The translations under genes were made by a program, and so were the position numbers. Shown here piece by piece: positions 19,129-29,689 of a DNA stretch of 64,000 bases. Positions within the stretch are counted from its first letter, which is position 1; each line of letters starts with the position of its first letter. Location: the NCBI GenBank assembly GCA_964005815.1, contig CAXFSR010000017.1:200247-264246 (forward strand), in the 5' to 3' direction. This DNA comes from an uncultured Nitrospinaceae bacterium. Lineage in GTDB: Bacteria; UBA8248. The notes beneath the pieces are model-generated. The model was not told the origin of the DNA and searched no databases. It saw only the letters and a program-made list of their open reading frames with translations.

Positions 19129-20064
19129 TTATTTTTCAAGTATGGCACGAGCTTTTTCAACATCTAAAGAAATTTGTTGAACTAGTTTTTCAACACTAGA
19201 AAATTTAAATTCATCTCTAATTCTTTCAACAAACTCCAACCGAATCTCCTTTCCGTAGATATTCCCACCTTCCCAGTTAAGTATATGAGCTTCTATAGTA
19301 ACGCTTTGACCGTCAAAAGTTGGCCTTTTCCCAATATTCAAAACTGTTGGGAAAAAATCAGATGAAAAAGATTTGACTTTTGACCAACATGCATAAACAC
19401 CATTTGAAGGAATCAATGTTGAAGGAGGTGCAACATTTGCAGTAGGAAATCCAATTCCAGCCCCTCTCCCATCTCCTTTCTCAATTAGACCTTCAAGGCA
19501 ATGTCTTGTTCCAAGCAATACATTCGCCTCTGCAACAGACCCAGATGAAAGCATCTTTCGGATTTCAGTACTACTTACAATTTTATCCTGAAAAGCAAAA
19601 GGTTCAAGAACTTCTACCAAAAAATCAAAATTTTTTCCGAGTGTCTTAAGAAATTCTATATTCCCTCCTCTATTCTTTCCAAAATGAAAGTTATACCCAA
19701 CTAAAACTTCCTTCGCTTTTATTCCATTAGTAATATAAGTAGAAACAAACTGTTCAGGGCTAAAATCAGAGAGGTCTTTTGTAAATGGTTCAACTACCAT
19801 TATATCAATTCCTTCATCTTCTAATCTTTTTGTCTTTTCAGATAATGTAGTCATTAAAGAGGGACACCTTTCTGGTGCAACTATCGATAATGGATGCGGA
19901 TCAAAAGTAAGTATTACCGACCTAAGTTTTCCACTTTTTGATTTTTCTCTAAGTTTTGCACATATATTTTTATGTGCCAGATGAACTCCATCAAAATTGC
20001 CAATTGATAAGACTGCACCATCCCAATCCGAATCTAAATTATCAATCCCTTTTATGATTTCCAT
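19129..20064 (-). CDS. ribF: Bifunctional riboflavin kinase/FAD synthetase
   Basis: IGNFDGVHLAH, VSSTEIR, GFPTAN, GKRPTF and IEAHI motifs. Confidence 0.96.
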   Translation of the reverse strand: MEIIKGIDNLDSDWDGAVLSIGNFDGVHLAHKNICAKLREKSKSGKLRSVILTFDPHPLSIVAPERCPSLMTTLSEKTKRLEDEGIDIMVVEPFTKDLSDFSPEQFVSTYITNGIKAKEVLVGYNFHFGKNRGGNIEFLKTLGKNFDFLVEVLEPFAFQDKIVSSTEIRKMLSSGSVAEANVLLGTRHCLEGLIEKGDGRGAGIGFPTANVAPPSTLIPSNGVYACWSKVKSFSSDFFPTVLNIGKRPTFDGQSVTIEAHILNWEGGNIYGKEIRLEFVERIRDEFKFSSVEKLVQQISLDVEKARAILEK

Positions 20065-20276
20065 TAAACGATCCTATAAATAATAAAAATTACGTAAACA
20101 CTCAGTGAAATCAGTACCTTGAAAACTAAACATTTTCAACCATTCAAGAATAAAAAAATAAACACATAAAATTGCATTACATGATAGATTGCAATCAATC
20201 ATATAATAAGCTTTAATCGTTGATGTCTTATAACTAGGCATTTTTTTCAACTGATTTTACTTTCAAAAGGTCTTAA

Positions 20277-21851
20277 ATGATTTTTCCAACAAAAATGTTA
20301 TTAATTTTAATGGTTTTATTCTCTTTTCTATGGATAGACAAAAATTCCTTTGCAAAAAATTCTACCAGAAATAATTACATTAAAAAAAATCGTCCTAAAA
20401 GTCCGACACCAACTCCTAAAATTAATTCCCTTAAATTAGAATTATCTTTAAAAGAAGCAATAAGTCTAGCTTTGGCGAGGAATTTTGATATAAGCATCGA
20501 AAGATTAAAAGGAGAAATCAAAAAAGAAGAGATTATTGAGAAAAAATCAAAGTTTGATACAACCTTCATTGCTAGTGGAGAATCGGAGAAATCTAAAAAT
20601 GAGACTGTTAGCACTACTTCTACTGGAAGCACTAAAAAAGTAAATAGCACTCAAAACATTCAGGCTGGATTCAAAAGGAAAATCTTAAGTGGCGCGGAAT
20701 TATCTATGTTGTTTGATTGGGACCGAGAAGGGACTAATTCAAAGAACAACCTTTTCGACCCAAATTTCAGTACAGGACTCACGCTTTCTGTCACACAACC
20801 GCTTTTAAGAAATTACGGAGTAGATCTCAATTCTGCAGATATAAGAATTGCTACTGAAAATCTTCGTCAATCAAGAAACGAATACAATAAAAAGATTACA
20901 AATATTGTTACCGATGTAGAATTGTCCTACTGGGATTTGATTCTTGCTATTAGAAATTTAAAATTAAAAAAGAAATCTCTGGAATTAGCCAAGGATTTAC
21001 TCCGCCGAAATAAAATACAGGTAAAAATAGGCACTCTGACTAGAATCGAAATTCTAGATGCAAAAACAAGTGTAGCCATGAGAGAAGATGAACTAATTGT
21101 CGCTAAAAGAGAAGTTCTTGAGAGAGAAGATACATTAAAATTACTCCTCAATATTTCCATTCGTTCAAGACCATCAAGAATTGCTCTCAAACCAACGAGT
21201 AAACTCGACTTCAAGCAAATTCGGATTAACGAATTTGATTTATTCGAAAAAGCTCTCTCACGAAGAACAGATCTCATTAAAGATAAGATAGAAATTCAAA
21301 AGAGAAAAATTACGATCAATAAAAAAAGAAATCTGTTACTACCTAAACTGAATTTTACTAGCAGTTTAAAAAATAGTTCGAAGCAAGATTCAACTCAAAA
21401 AGCGCTAAAAAGACAATTCTCTAACAAGGGCTATGAAATATCGGGAAAATTAGCATTTGAATTTCCTTTAGGAAATCGTGAAGCAAAATCAAATTACAGA
21501 AAATCCAAAAGCGAATATTACGAAGCAAAAGAAATATTCAAGAAAAATAAACAAATAATCTTAGAAGAAGTCCAAAAGATTTCTCGCAAAACAAAAACGA
21601 GTATGAAAAGAATTAAAACTACTCTACTCGCAAAAAAGCTTGCTGCTCAACGTTTAGAAGTACAAGAACAAAAGTTCGCCCTAGGTCTCACAACAAGTCG
21701 TCAGATTTTAGAAGATCAAGAATCTTTAGAGAATGCCTCGTTGAACCATATCCGAGCCTTGATAAACTACAAGAAGAACTTAGCAATGTTAAGAAAGACT
21801 ACTCAAACTACTTTGTCATTTTTTAAGATTTCTCTCTCAAAAACTAAATAG
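20277..21851 (+). CDS. TolC-family outer membrane protein
   Basis: Signal-like N-terminus, LSLKEAISLALARN, LTLSVTQPLLR and FEFPLGNR; duplicated OEP architecture. Confidence 0.85.
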   Translation: MIFPTKMLLILMVLFSFLWIDKNSFAKNSTRNNYIKKNRPKSPTPTPKINSLKLELSLKEAISLALARNFDISIERLKGEIKKEEIIEKKSKFDTTFIASGESEKSKNETVSTTSTGSTKKVNSTQNIQAGFKRKILSGAELSMLFDWDREGTNSKNNLFDPNFSTGLTLSVTQPLLRNYGVDLNSADIRIATENLRQSRNEYNKKITNIVTDVELSYWDLILAIRNLKLKKKSLELAKDLLRRNKIQVKIGTLTRIEILDAKTSVAMREDELIVAKREVLEREDTLKLLLNISIRSRPSRIALKPTSKLDFKQIRINEFDLFEKALSRRTDLIKDKIEIQKRKITINKKRNLLLPKLNFTSSLKNSSKQDSTQKALKRQFSNKGYEISGKLAFEFPLGNREAKSNYRKSKSEYYEAKEIFKKNKQIILEEVQKISRKTKTSMKRIKTTLLAKKLAAQRLEVQEQKFALGLTTSRQILEDQESLENASLNHIRALINYKKNLAMLRKTTQTTLSFFKISLSKTK

Positions 21852-21863
21852 AAGTCATATGAA

Positions 21864-22295
21864 TTGGACAAAACAATTAAACGTATTTTAGGAATAGACT
21901 ATGGAAGCAAAAGAGTAGGAATTGCAATAAGCGATGAACTGCAATTGACTGCACAACCTCTCACGCTTTTAAAAAGATTGAATGATAACGACATAATCTC
22001 TGAAATAAAAAAAATAATGAGTCTATATAATATAGAAAAGATTATAGTTGGTTTCCCAGTTTTACTAGATGGGAGTCATTCTAAACAAACAAAAACAACA
22101 AAGAATTTTATTTCACGTGTGAGAAAATCTATAGATTTGCCTGTCAAAAAATGGGAAGAACGTTTATCTACTATTGAGGCTGGAAAAATATTAAGTTCCG
22201 TTTCAAAAAACAAAAAGAAAGAAAATATCGATATAGTTTCAGCCCAAATTATACTTCAGAGTTTCCTTGACAAAATCAGAAAAAATCAAAAATGA
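21864..22295 (+). CDS. yqgF: YqgF/RuvX putative pre-16S rRNA nuclease
   Basis: LGIDYGSKRVGIAISD, WEERLST and IDIVSAQIILQSFL motifs. Confidence 0.92.
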   Translation: MDKTIKRILGIDYGSKRVGIAISDELQLTAQPLTLLKRLNDNDIISEIKKIMSLYNIEKIIVGFPVLLDGSHSKQTKTTKNFISRVRKSIDLPVKKWEERLSTIEAGKILSSVSKNKKKENIDIVSAQIILQSFLDKIRKNQK

Positions 22296-23338
22296 ATTAC
22301 AACAAGACCTTACTTTTCTTTGGTACAGTTGCAATAGTTTTCTTCTTAGTAATTATATATGCAAATAATATTTTCTATTCTCCATCGAATGTCACAAACA
22401 AAGAATTAGTTTTAATTGAAATAAAAAAAGGAATGGGATTATCCGACATTTCTTTACTCCTATCAAAAAAAGGAATTATTAATCATCCCTACCTATTTAA
22501 CACTCAAATTATATTAAGAGGCAGTTCTTCGCATCTAAAAGTTGGGATATACGAACTAAGCCCATCAATGACACAAAATAGAGTTTACCGAACACTCTTA
22601 GCAGGAAATGTAGCTACAAGGACTATCACTATTCCTGAAGGGTTTACAGTAAAAATGATTGGAGAAAAACTTGAAAAGAATGGAATAACTAACAAAAAAG
22701 ACATCATTAGACTAAGCGGCGAAAAGGAGTTCATCTTATCCCTAGGTCTTAAAACACATTCATTAGAAGGATATCTTTTTCCTGATACCTATATTTTAAG
22801 AGTGAAAATGCATCCTGAACTTGTCTTAAAAAAAATGATACAAAATTTCAGAAAAAAAATGACATCAGAAATAAGGTTGAAGATACAAAAACAAAAAAAG
22901 ACTTTACATGAAGTACTCACACTTGCTTCTATTGTCGAGAAAGAAACTTCAGTTCCCAAAGAAAGATTCCTAATAGCTTCAGTTTTTTTAAATAGATTAA
23001 AAAAAAACATGCGACTTCAAAGCGACCCGACTGTGATTTACTCTCTACCTTTTTTAAAAAGAAAACTATCAAAAAAAGACCTAAGCTATAACTCTCCCTA
23101 CAACACTTATATACGTAGGGGACTACCGCCAGGACCAATTGCAAACCCTGGGATAGAATCTATACTTGCTGTCTTAAATCCCTCGAAAAAAACTTTTCTT
23201 TATTTTGTTGCAAAAGGAGATAGTAGTCATTTTTTTTCAAAAACCTACAAAGAACATAGAAGAAACATTCGTTTTATCAAAAAACAACGGCTCAGAAAGG
23301 TTGACCTGAATTATGGCACAGTGTCATCATCTAAATAA
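22292..23338 (+). CDS. mltG: Endolytic transglycosylase MltG
   Basis: TIPEG, LEGYLFPDTY, LASIVEKE, LQSDPT and SPYNTY..GLPPGPIANPG motifs. Confidence 0.95.
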   Translation: MNYNKTLLFFGTVAIVFFLVIIYANNIFYSPSNVTNKELVLIEIKKGMGLSDISLLLSKKGIINHPYLFNTQIILRGSSSHLKVGIYELSPSMTQNRVYRTLLAGNVATRTITIPEGFTVKMIGEKLEKNGITNKKDIIRLSGEKEFILSLGLKTHSLEGYLFPDTYILRVKMHPELVLKKMIQNFRKKMTSEIRLKIQKQKKTLHEVLTLASIVEKETSVPKERFLIASVFLNRLKKNMRLQSDPTVIYSLPFLKRKLSKKDLSYNSPYNTYIRRGLPPGPIANPGIESILAVLNPSKKTFLYFVAKGDSSHFFSKTYKEHRRNIRFIKKQRLRKVDLNYGTVSSSK

Positions 23339-23388
23339 TTTTGACTTAGTTTTACTTATTTCTTTTTTTTAAATCGCAAATAATTTTT

Positions 23389-26028
23389 TTGCAAATGGAG
23401 AGAGTTTTGTTGGAAACAAGATACAATCCAAAAGAAACAGAAGCAAAATGGTATGAGTATTGGCAAAAAAATGGATGCTTCAAGGGAAAACCTGATAATC
23501 AAAAGAAGATGTTTTCTCTAGTGATTCCACCACCAAATGTAACCGGTTCTCTTCATATGGGACATGCACTTAATAATACACTGCAGGACATTTTAGCAAG
23601 ATGGCATAGAATGAAAGATTATTCTGTATGCTGGATGCCAGGTACTGACCATGCAGGAATTGCAACTCAAAATGTTGTCGAGAGAATGCTATCTTCAGAA
23701 AATAAGTCGAGAGAAGAATTAGGAAGGAAAAAATTTATAGAAGAAGTCTGGAAATGGAAAGAAGAAAGTGGTGGAACAATCATCAATCAGTTACACAGAC
23801 TTGGCGCTTCTTGCGATTGGGACAGAGAACGTTTCACAATGGACGAAGGACTATCTCTTGCCGTTAGAGAAGCATTTGTTCGTTTATACGAAGACGACCT
23901 TATCTACAGAGGAGACTATTTAGTTAATTGGTGCCCGCGCTGTGGTACTGCTGTATCAGACCTAGAAGTTGAGTTTGAAGAACAAAAAGGAAACCTATGG
24001 GATATCTTTTATCCTTTTGATAATCACGAATCAGGATTAATAGTTTCAACAACAAGACCAGAAACTATGTTGGGTGATACAGCACTAGCAGTTCATCCTG
24101 AAGATGAAAGATATAGGAAGTTCATAGGCAGGAAACTACGACTCCCCTTAGTAGGAAGAAAAATCCCTCTTATAGCCGATAATTTTGTAGACCCTGATTT
24201 TGGTTCTGGTGTAGTAAAAATCACACCTGCTCATGATCCTAATGATTACGAAGCAGGTAAAAGAAATCAATTACCCCAAATAAATATTCTCACAGAAGAT
24301 GGAAAAATCAACGAAAATGGAGGGAAATATTATGGCCTTGATCGATTTGAAGCAAGAGAAAGAATTATTTCAGATTTAAAAGGCTTATCTTTTTTAAAAC
24401 AAGTAAGAGAACACGAACACAATGTCGGAGTTTGTTATCGTTGTTCTACGATAATAGAACCTTTTTTATCAAAACAGTGGTTTGTAAGAACCAAGCCCTT
24501 AGCAGAAGAAGCTATAAAAGCTGTCGAAAATAGTAAAATACGTATAATTCCTAAACAATGGGAAAATACATACTTTGAATGGATGTATAATATAAAGGAT
24601 TGGTGTATAAGCAGACAAATTTGGTGGGGTCATCAAATTCCGGCATGGTACCACATTGAAACTGGAGAAGTCATAGTTTCAAGAGAAGATATTCAGGATA
24701 AAAATTATCGTCGTGAAACAGACGTTCTTGACACCTGGTTTAGTTCAGCACTATGGCCGTTCTCCACATTTGGATGGCCACAAAAGAACTCAGACTTAGA
24801 TTATTTTTATCCAACCTCCACTCTTGTTACTGGATTTGATATTATATTTTTTTGGGTTGCAAGAATGATTATGGCAGGCCTGAAATTTATGGATGATATC
24901 CCTTTTCAGGACGTGTATATACACGCTCTTGTTAGAGACGAACACGGTCAAAAGATGAGTAAAACAAGGGGCAATGTAATTGACCCCATAGAGATTATTG
25001 ACGAATCTGGTGCAGATTCACTAAGGTTTACTTTAACTGCTATGGCTGCACAAGGTAGAGATGTACGTCTTTCAGAAGAAAGAATTGCAGGCTACAGGAA
25101 TTTCTGCAATAAAATTTGGAATGCAGCACGTTTCATTCTTTTAAACGTAAACAAAGATGTCAAGAATATTTCGGAAACATCTACCCTTACACTAGGTGAT
25201 AAATGGATTCTGAGCAGAATCAATACCGTTTCAAGAGAAGTCGAAAAATCTCTTAAAGAATATAGATTTAATGATTATGCGTCTACACTCTACCAATTCA
25301 CCTGGCATGAATTTTGTGATTGGTATATCGAAGTAGTGAAGCCAAATATAATAAACGACAAAAAACATTCAAAAAGCAAAGATGTACTTGTAATCGTCTT
25401 AAGTAAAATCCTCAGATTATTACATCCAATTATGCCATTTATCACCGAAGAGATATGGGAAAAACTTCCTATTAAGGGCAAACATAATTCAATAATGAAT
25501 GCAGAATGGCCTAGTTTTAACTCTGATTATGAAAACTTAGATTCTGAAGAAGAGTTTTCAATAATTATAGATATTGTGAGTACCATTAGGAACTTACGAG
25601 GGGAACTTAATATATCTCCTGGAAAAGATATACCATGCATCTTAAAACTTTCAAACAAAGAACATGAATCGCTGATTCTGAGAGAGCAAGAAACAATCAA
25701 GAGATTGGCAAAAATAGGTCCAGAATGGTCAATTGGACCCGATGTTCAATACCCCAAACTTTCTTCTTCAGCTGTAATCAGAAATATACAAATTTTCATT
25801 CCATTGGAAGGATTAATTGATTTAGAAAGTGAAACAAACCGCTTAAAAAAACAACTCACAGATACAGATAAAACTATATCTTCTTTAAAGAAGAAACTTT
25901 CTAATAACGAATTTATAAGAAAAGCACCCGAAGAAGTAATTAAAAAGAACGAAGAAAAGCTTAAAGAAGAACAAAACAAATACGAAAAACTTTCTACTAA
26001 TCTAAAGAAACTCTCTACTCCTTCCTAA
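23389..26028 (+). CDS. valS: Valine--tRNA ligase
   Basis: PPPNVTGSLHMGH, DWCISRQIWWGH, KMSKT and a C-terminal coiled coil. Confidence 0.98.
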   Translation: MQMERVLLETRYNPKETEAKWYEYWQKNGCFKGKPDNQKKMFSLVIPPPNVTGSLHMGHALNNTLQDILARWHRMKDYSVCWMPGTDHAGIATQNVVERMLSSENKSREELGRKKFIEEVWKWKEESGGTIINQLHRLGASCDWDRERFTMDEGLSLAVREAFVRLYEDDLIYRGDYLVNWCPRCGTAVSDLEVEFEEQKGNLWDIFYPFDNHESGLIVSTTRPETMLGDTALAVHPEDERYRKFIGRKLRLPLVGRKIPLIADNFVDPDFGSGVVKITPAHDPNDYEAGKRNQLPQINILTEDGKINENGGKYYGLDRFEARERIISDLKGLSFLKQVREHEHNVGVCYRCSTIIEPFLSKQWFVRTKPLAEEAIKAVENSKIRIIPKQWENTYFEWMYNIKDWCISRQIWWGHQIPAWYHIETGEVIVSREDIQDKNYRRETDVLDTWFSSALWPFSTFGWPQKNSDLDYFYPTSTLVTGFDIIFFWVARMIMAGLKFMDDIPFQDVYIHALVRDEHGQKMSKTRGNVIDPIEIIDESGADSLRFTLTAMAAQGRDVRLSEERIAGYRNFCNKIWNAARFILLNVNKDVKNISETSTLTLGDKWILSRINTVSREVEKSLKEYRFNDYASTLYQFTWHEFCDWYIEVVKPNIINDKKHSKSKDVLVIVLSKILRLLHPIMPFITEEIWEKLPIKGKHNSIMNAEWPSFNSDYENLDSEEEFSIIIDIVSTIRNLRGELNISPGKDIPCILKLSNKEHESLILREQETIKRLAKIGPEWSIGPDVQYPKLSSSAVIRNIQIFIPLEGLIDLESETNRLKKQLTDTDKTISSLKKKLSNNEFIRKAPEEVIKKNEEKLKEEQNKYEKLSTNLKKLSTPS

Positions 26029-26034
26029 GTCAAA

Positions 26035-26796
26035 ATGAAGACACCTAAAAAAGAACTTGTTTGGAATATTCAAGAATTTGATGAAGTAGATTCTACGAAT
26101 GATCTTCTTCTTGATAGTTCACGAAAAGGGGCAAAACAGGGAATGGTTATTTATGCTAATTCTCAAAAAAAAGGGAGAGGAAGATTTGGAAGAACATGGT
26201 ATTCACCAAAAGGAGATGGTCTTTATTTTTCATATCTTTTAAAACCAAAACTTACAAAAGAAAAACTTCATCTTCTAAGTTTAGTTTTCGGTTTGGGTGT
26301 CGCAGAAGGGCTAAATGAATTTTCGAATATGAGAAACAAAACTCTTGCACTGGGTTTAAAATGGCCAAACGATATTCGTATTTTCAAGAAGAAAGTAGGT
26401 GGAATTCTCTGTGAAATTGAAATTGACAAAGAAAACAATCCTTCTGTAATAGTAGGAATTGGGATAAATACAAATATGATTGTTAACAGGGGCCCCGAGA
26501 ATCTTCAAAATATTACAACTTCATTAAAAAATGAAGGACTAGGAATGATAGAAAATAAAAAATTACTATACGTACTACTTGAAAAACAGAAAGAACTATA
26601 CAATGAATTTATAAATTTTGGATTTGAAAACATTCTGGTCAGATGGATGTCATTTTGTGATTCATTAGGAGAAGAAGTTTTTGTGAAAGATCGAAAAATA
26701 AAAGGAAAAATCATAAAAATCAATTCAAAGGGACACTTAATAGTCAAAAGTGATGGTGGTGAAATGTTAGAAATCTTTTCGAGTGAGATCATATAA
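26035..26796 (+). CDS. birA: Biotin--protein ligase without N-terminal HTH
   Basis: STN, QKKGRGRFGRTW, LKWPND and KVGGILCE motifs. Confidence 0.93.
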   Translation: MKTPKKELVWNIQEFDEVDSTNDLLLDSSRKGAKQGMVIYANSQKKGRGRFGRTWYSPKGDGLYFSYLLKPKLTKEKLHLLSLVFGLGVAEGLNEFSNMRNKTLALGLKWPNDIRIFKKKVGGILCEIEIDKENNPSVIVGIGINTNMIVNRGPENLQNITTSLKNEGLGMIENKKLLYVLLEKQKELYNEFINFGFENILVRWMSFCDSLGEEVFVKDRKIKGKIIKINSKGHLIVKSDGGEMLEIFSSEII

Positions 26797-26798
26797 AG

Positions 26799-27575
26799 AT
26801 GACGAGTTCAAATTTACTTATGGCAATAGATGTTGGTAATACCCAGACACAAATAGGTCTTTTCGATGAAGAAGTTTTATTAGAAAACTGGGCAATCAGT
26901 TCTTCTGTATACAGAACTACTGACGAACTTGGAATTCTAATTCAAGAATTGTTTCAAAGTAAAAAAATAGATATTAAAATTGTCAATAAAATTATTATTT
27001 CTAGTGTCGTTCCTCAATTAGTATCAATTCTAGAAGATATGACTCAAAAATATTTTAAAACTAAGCCACTATTCGTTAGACCAGGTATTAAAACTGGGAT
27101 CACGATTAAATACGACAATCCAGCCGAAGTTGGAGCAGACAGAATAGTAAATGCAGTTGCAGGATTCCATCTTTATAAGGGTCCTTTAATTATTATAGAT
27201 TATGGGACCGCTACAACTTTTGATGCAATTTCAGATAAAGGCGAGTATTTAGGAGGAGCAATCGCTCCAGGTTTTGGTATAACTTTGGAAGCGCTTACAG
27301 AAAGAACAGCAAAACTCCCGAGGGTAGAACCAAAAATGCCACAAAATGTAATTGGCAAAAATACAACAAACAGTATTCAAGCAGGGATGTTTTTTGGCTA
27401 CCGTGGTTTAGTGAAAGAGATTTTGGAAAAAATGAAAAAGGAACTTGGACCTCAAACAAAGATAGTTGCTACAGGTGGATTTAGTTCGATTTTTTCTGAG
27501 GAAGAAAATTTTTACGATGAAAAGAACACAAATCTAACTCTTATTGGCCTTAGACTTATCGCAGATTTAAACTAA
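26799..27575 (+). CDS. coaX: Type III pantothenate kinase
   Basis: IDVGNT, VGADR, DYGTATTFD, GGAIAPG and ATGG motifs. Confidence 0.95.
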   Translation: MTSSNLLMAIDVGNTQTQIGLFDEEVLLENWAISSSVYRTTDELGILIQELFQSKKIDIKIVNKIIISSVVPQLVSILEDMTQKYFKTKPLFVRPGIKTGITIKYDNPAEVGADRIVNAVAGFHLYKGPLIIIDYGTATTFDAISDKGEYLGGAIAPGFGITLEALTERTAKLPRVEPKMPQNVIGKNTTNSIQAGMFFGYRGLVKEILEKMKKELGPQTKIVATGGFSSIFSEEENFYDEKNTNLTLIGLRLIADLN

Positions 27576-27589
27576 TCCAATTAGATTCT

Positions 27590-28198
27590 TCAATTAACTC
27601 CGTTAAATGTGCGTCTATGTATTTTAGTTGCTCCTAGGTTCCGGATACATTCAAGATGTTCTTTAGTAGGATAGCCTTTATGCTTTTCAAAACCATATCC
27701 AGGATAATGTGAATTCATCCTAACCATAATTCTATCTCTACAAACTTTGGCTACTATACTCGCAGCAGCAATACTTGCGCAGAGTGAGTCACCTTTTACT
27801 ATAGTTTCTTGAGGAATTATGGAATCTATCATTCTGTTTCCGTCAATCAAAAGAAAATCAGGTTGAAGCATTAAACGAGAAACAGAAACTCTCATTGCCT
27901 CTAATGAAGCATTTAGAATATTTATACGTTCAATTTGCCGCGGTCCTATGGATGCAACTGAAACAGAAACAGATTTATTTAGTATCTCATACACAAGTTC
28001 ATCTCTTTTTTTTGGTGTTATTTTCTTGCTATCTTGAATACCGTCAATAGGGCGCAAAGGATCTAAAATGACAGCTGCAGCTACAACAGGACCTGCCAGC
28101 GGACCTCTGCCAACTTCATCTATTCCAGCTATAAGGTTGAATTCTTTACCTAATTTTTTCTCGTAAGAATACATAAAACTCCATGTATAAGTTCTCAT
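27590..28198 (-). CDS. rnhB: Ribonuclease HII
   Basis: GIDEVGRGPLAGPV, DSKK, SIAAASIVAKV.RD and KGYPT..H; start may be ATG 28174. Confidence 0.96.
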   Translation of the reverse strand: MRTYTWSFMYSYEKKLGKEFNLIAGIDEVGRGPLAGPVVAAAVILDPLRPIDGIQDSKKITPKKRDELVYEILNKSVSVSVASIGPRQIERINILNASLEAMRVSVSRLMLQPDFLLIDGNRMIDSIIPQETIVKGDSLCASIAAASIVAKVCRDRIMVRMNSHYPGYGFEKHKGYPTKEHLECIRNLGATKIHRRTFNGVN

Positions 28199-28302
28199 AC
28201 AATACTAACAAATTTCTCATATAAATCAGATCGTAAACTTGAAAACGTAAACAATACAATCTATGGTTTATTCACGAAAATAACTAAAACAAAAGGTGAA
28301 AG

Positions 28303-29292
28303 ATGATGCCCAAAAAAATTGAGGTTATAGAACACTTTGTCCCATCAAACGATCCCGATATTTTTCTTCATCTACGAGAAAAAAAGCCCAAGGGAATGAA
28401 AAAAAAAGATTCTGACACAACTCTTCTGATGGTCCATGGACAAAGTGTTCCCGGTCCGATTGCTTTTGATTTTTCACTCCCAGGTTATTCTTGGATGGAT
28501 TTTGCTGCAAACAGAGGAATGAATGTTTTCTCTTTATCTGTTAGAGGTTACGGATTATCAACGAGAATTCCTGAATTAAAGGAATCACCAAATAATAAGT
28601 CACCTATAGTCAGGGGTATGACTGCAGTAAAGGATATAGATGCTGCTGTGAATTATATATGCAAAAAAAACAAAATTAAAAAATTGCTACTCTTAGGATA
28701 CTCATGGGGAACAACAACAACTGCCGCATATACTTCTCTTAATCCAAAAAAAATAAAACGTCTGGCACTTTATGCACCCTTTTATGCATATGATGACCCA
28801 AAAAGAGCTGCAGAAAGTGAAGACCCTAAAAAACCAGGCAGATGGAATCCAAAAATTGGTTCTTGGAGGTGGGTAACAGAATCTGAACAACGAGAACGTT
28901 GGGATGGTAGTATTCCGATAGGAAAACATAAAAAATGGAGATCGGAAAAAGCAATTAAACAATTTTGGCTACAACAGCTAAAATTTGATAATGAAGGACA
29001 AAAAAGAACCACTCCAGGTGTTAGAATTCCGAACGGACCTATGGCAGATCGTTATGACAGAGCAAGGAATATTCCTTTATATGACGCTCAAAAGATCAAG
29101 TGTCCTGTTCTTTTAATAAAAGGTGACCATGATAGAAGTTCTCTTGATCCTGAGTTTTTTGGTTTATATAAGGCACTGAGAAATAGTGAAGGAAAAAGAA
29201 TGATAATTTTTGGTGATGCAACACATTTTGCTCAATATGAGTGGTGCAGAAAGGAATTTATGGGTGAGGTACAAAGCTTCCTTGAAGGATAA
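28303..29292 (+). CDS. Alpha/beta-fold hydrolase
   Basis: VHG, RGYG.S, GYSWG nucleophile elbow, GDHD and a C-terminal ATH catalytic His. Confidence 0.85.
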   Translation: MMPKKIEVIEHFVPSNDPDIFLHLREKKPKGMKKKDSDTTLLMVHGQSVPGPIAFDFSLPGYSWMDFAANRGMNVFSLSVRGYGLSTRIPELKESPNNKSPIVRGMTAVKDIDAAVNYICKKNKIKKLLLLGYSWGTTTTAAYTSLNPKKIKRLALYAPFYAYDDPKRAAESEDPKKPGRWNPKIGSWRWVTESEQRERWDGSIPIGKHKKWRSEKAIKQFWLQQLKFDNEGQKRTTPGVRIPNGPMADRYDRARNIPLYDAQKIKCPVLLIKGDHDRSSLDPEFFGLYKALRNSEGKRMIIFGDATHFAQYEWCRKEFMGEVQSFLEG

Positions 29293-29294
29293 AA

Positions 29295-29642
29295 TTACAC
29301 TCTTCTTTTTTCTCTTATTTGAGCAGCCTTCCCTTTTCTATCTCTCAAATAATATAGTTTAGCGCGTCTTACTCTACCTTTCTTCACTATTTCAATCTGA
29401 TCTAACCTTGGAGAATGCAAGGGAAATATTCTTTCTACTCCTACTCCATAAGAAACCTTACGAACACGGAATGTTTCTCGAAGACCACCGCCACTTAGGC
29501 CAATAACAATTCCCTCGAAAACCTGTATTCTTTCCTTGTCACCTTCTACAATTTTGACATGAACACGTACTGTGTCTCCAGACTGAACTCTGGGAACATC
29601 TTTACGCATACCCTGTTTTTCTAAAGCATCTATAAGATTCAA
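29295..29642 (-). CDS. rplS: 50S ribosomal protein L19
   Basis: [23 protein letters not shown] and [12 protein letters not shown] motifs. Confidence 0.98.
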   Translation of the reverse strand: MNLIDALEKQGMRKDVPRVQSGDTVRVHVKIVEGDKERIQVFEGIVIGLSGGGLRETFRVRKVSYGVGVERIFPLHSPRLDQIEIVKKGRVRRAKLYYLRDRKGKAAQIREKRRV

Positions 29643-29689
29643 GTAAAATCTCCAAAAAAAGACTCTTATACATAGATTTGAATACTAAA

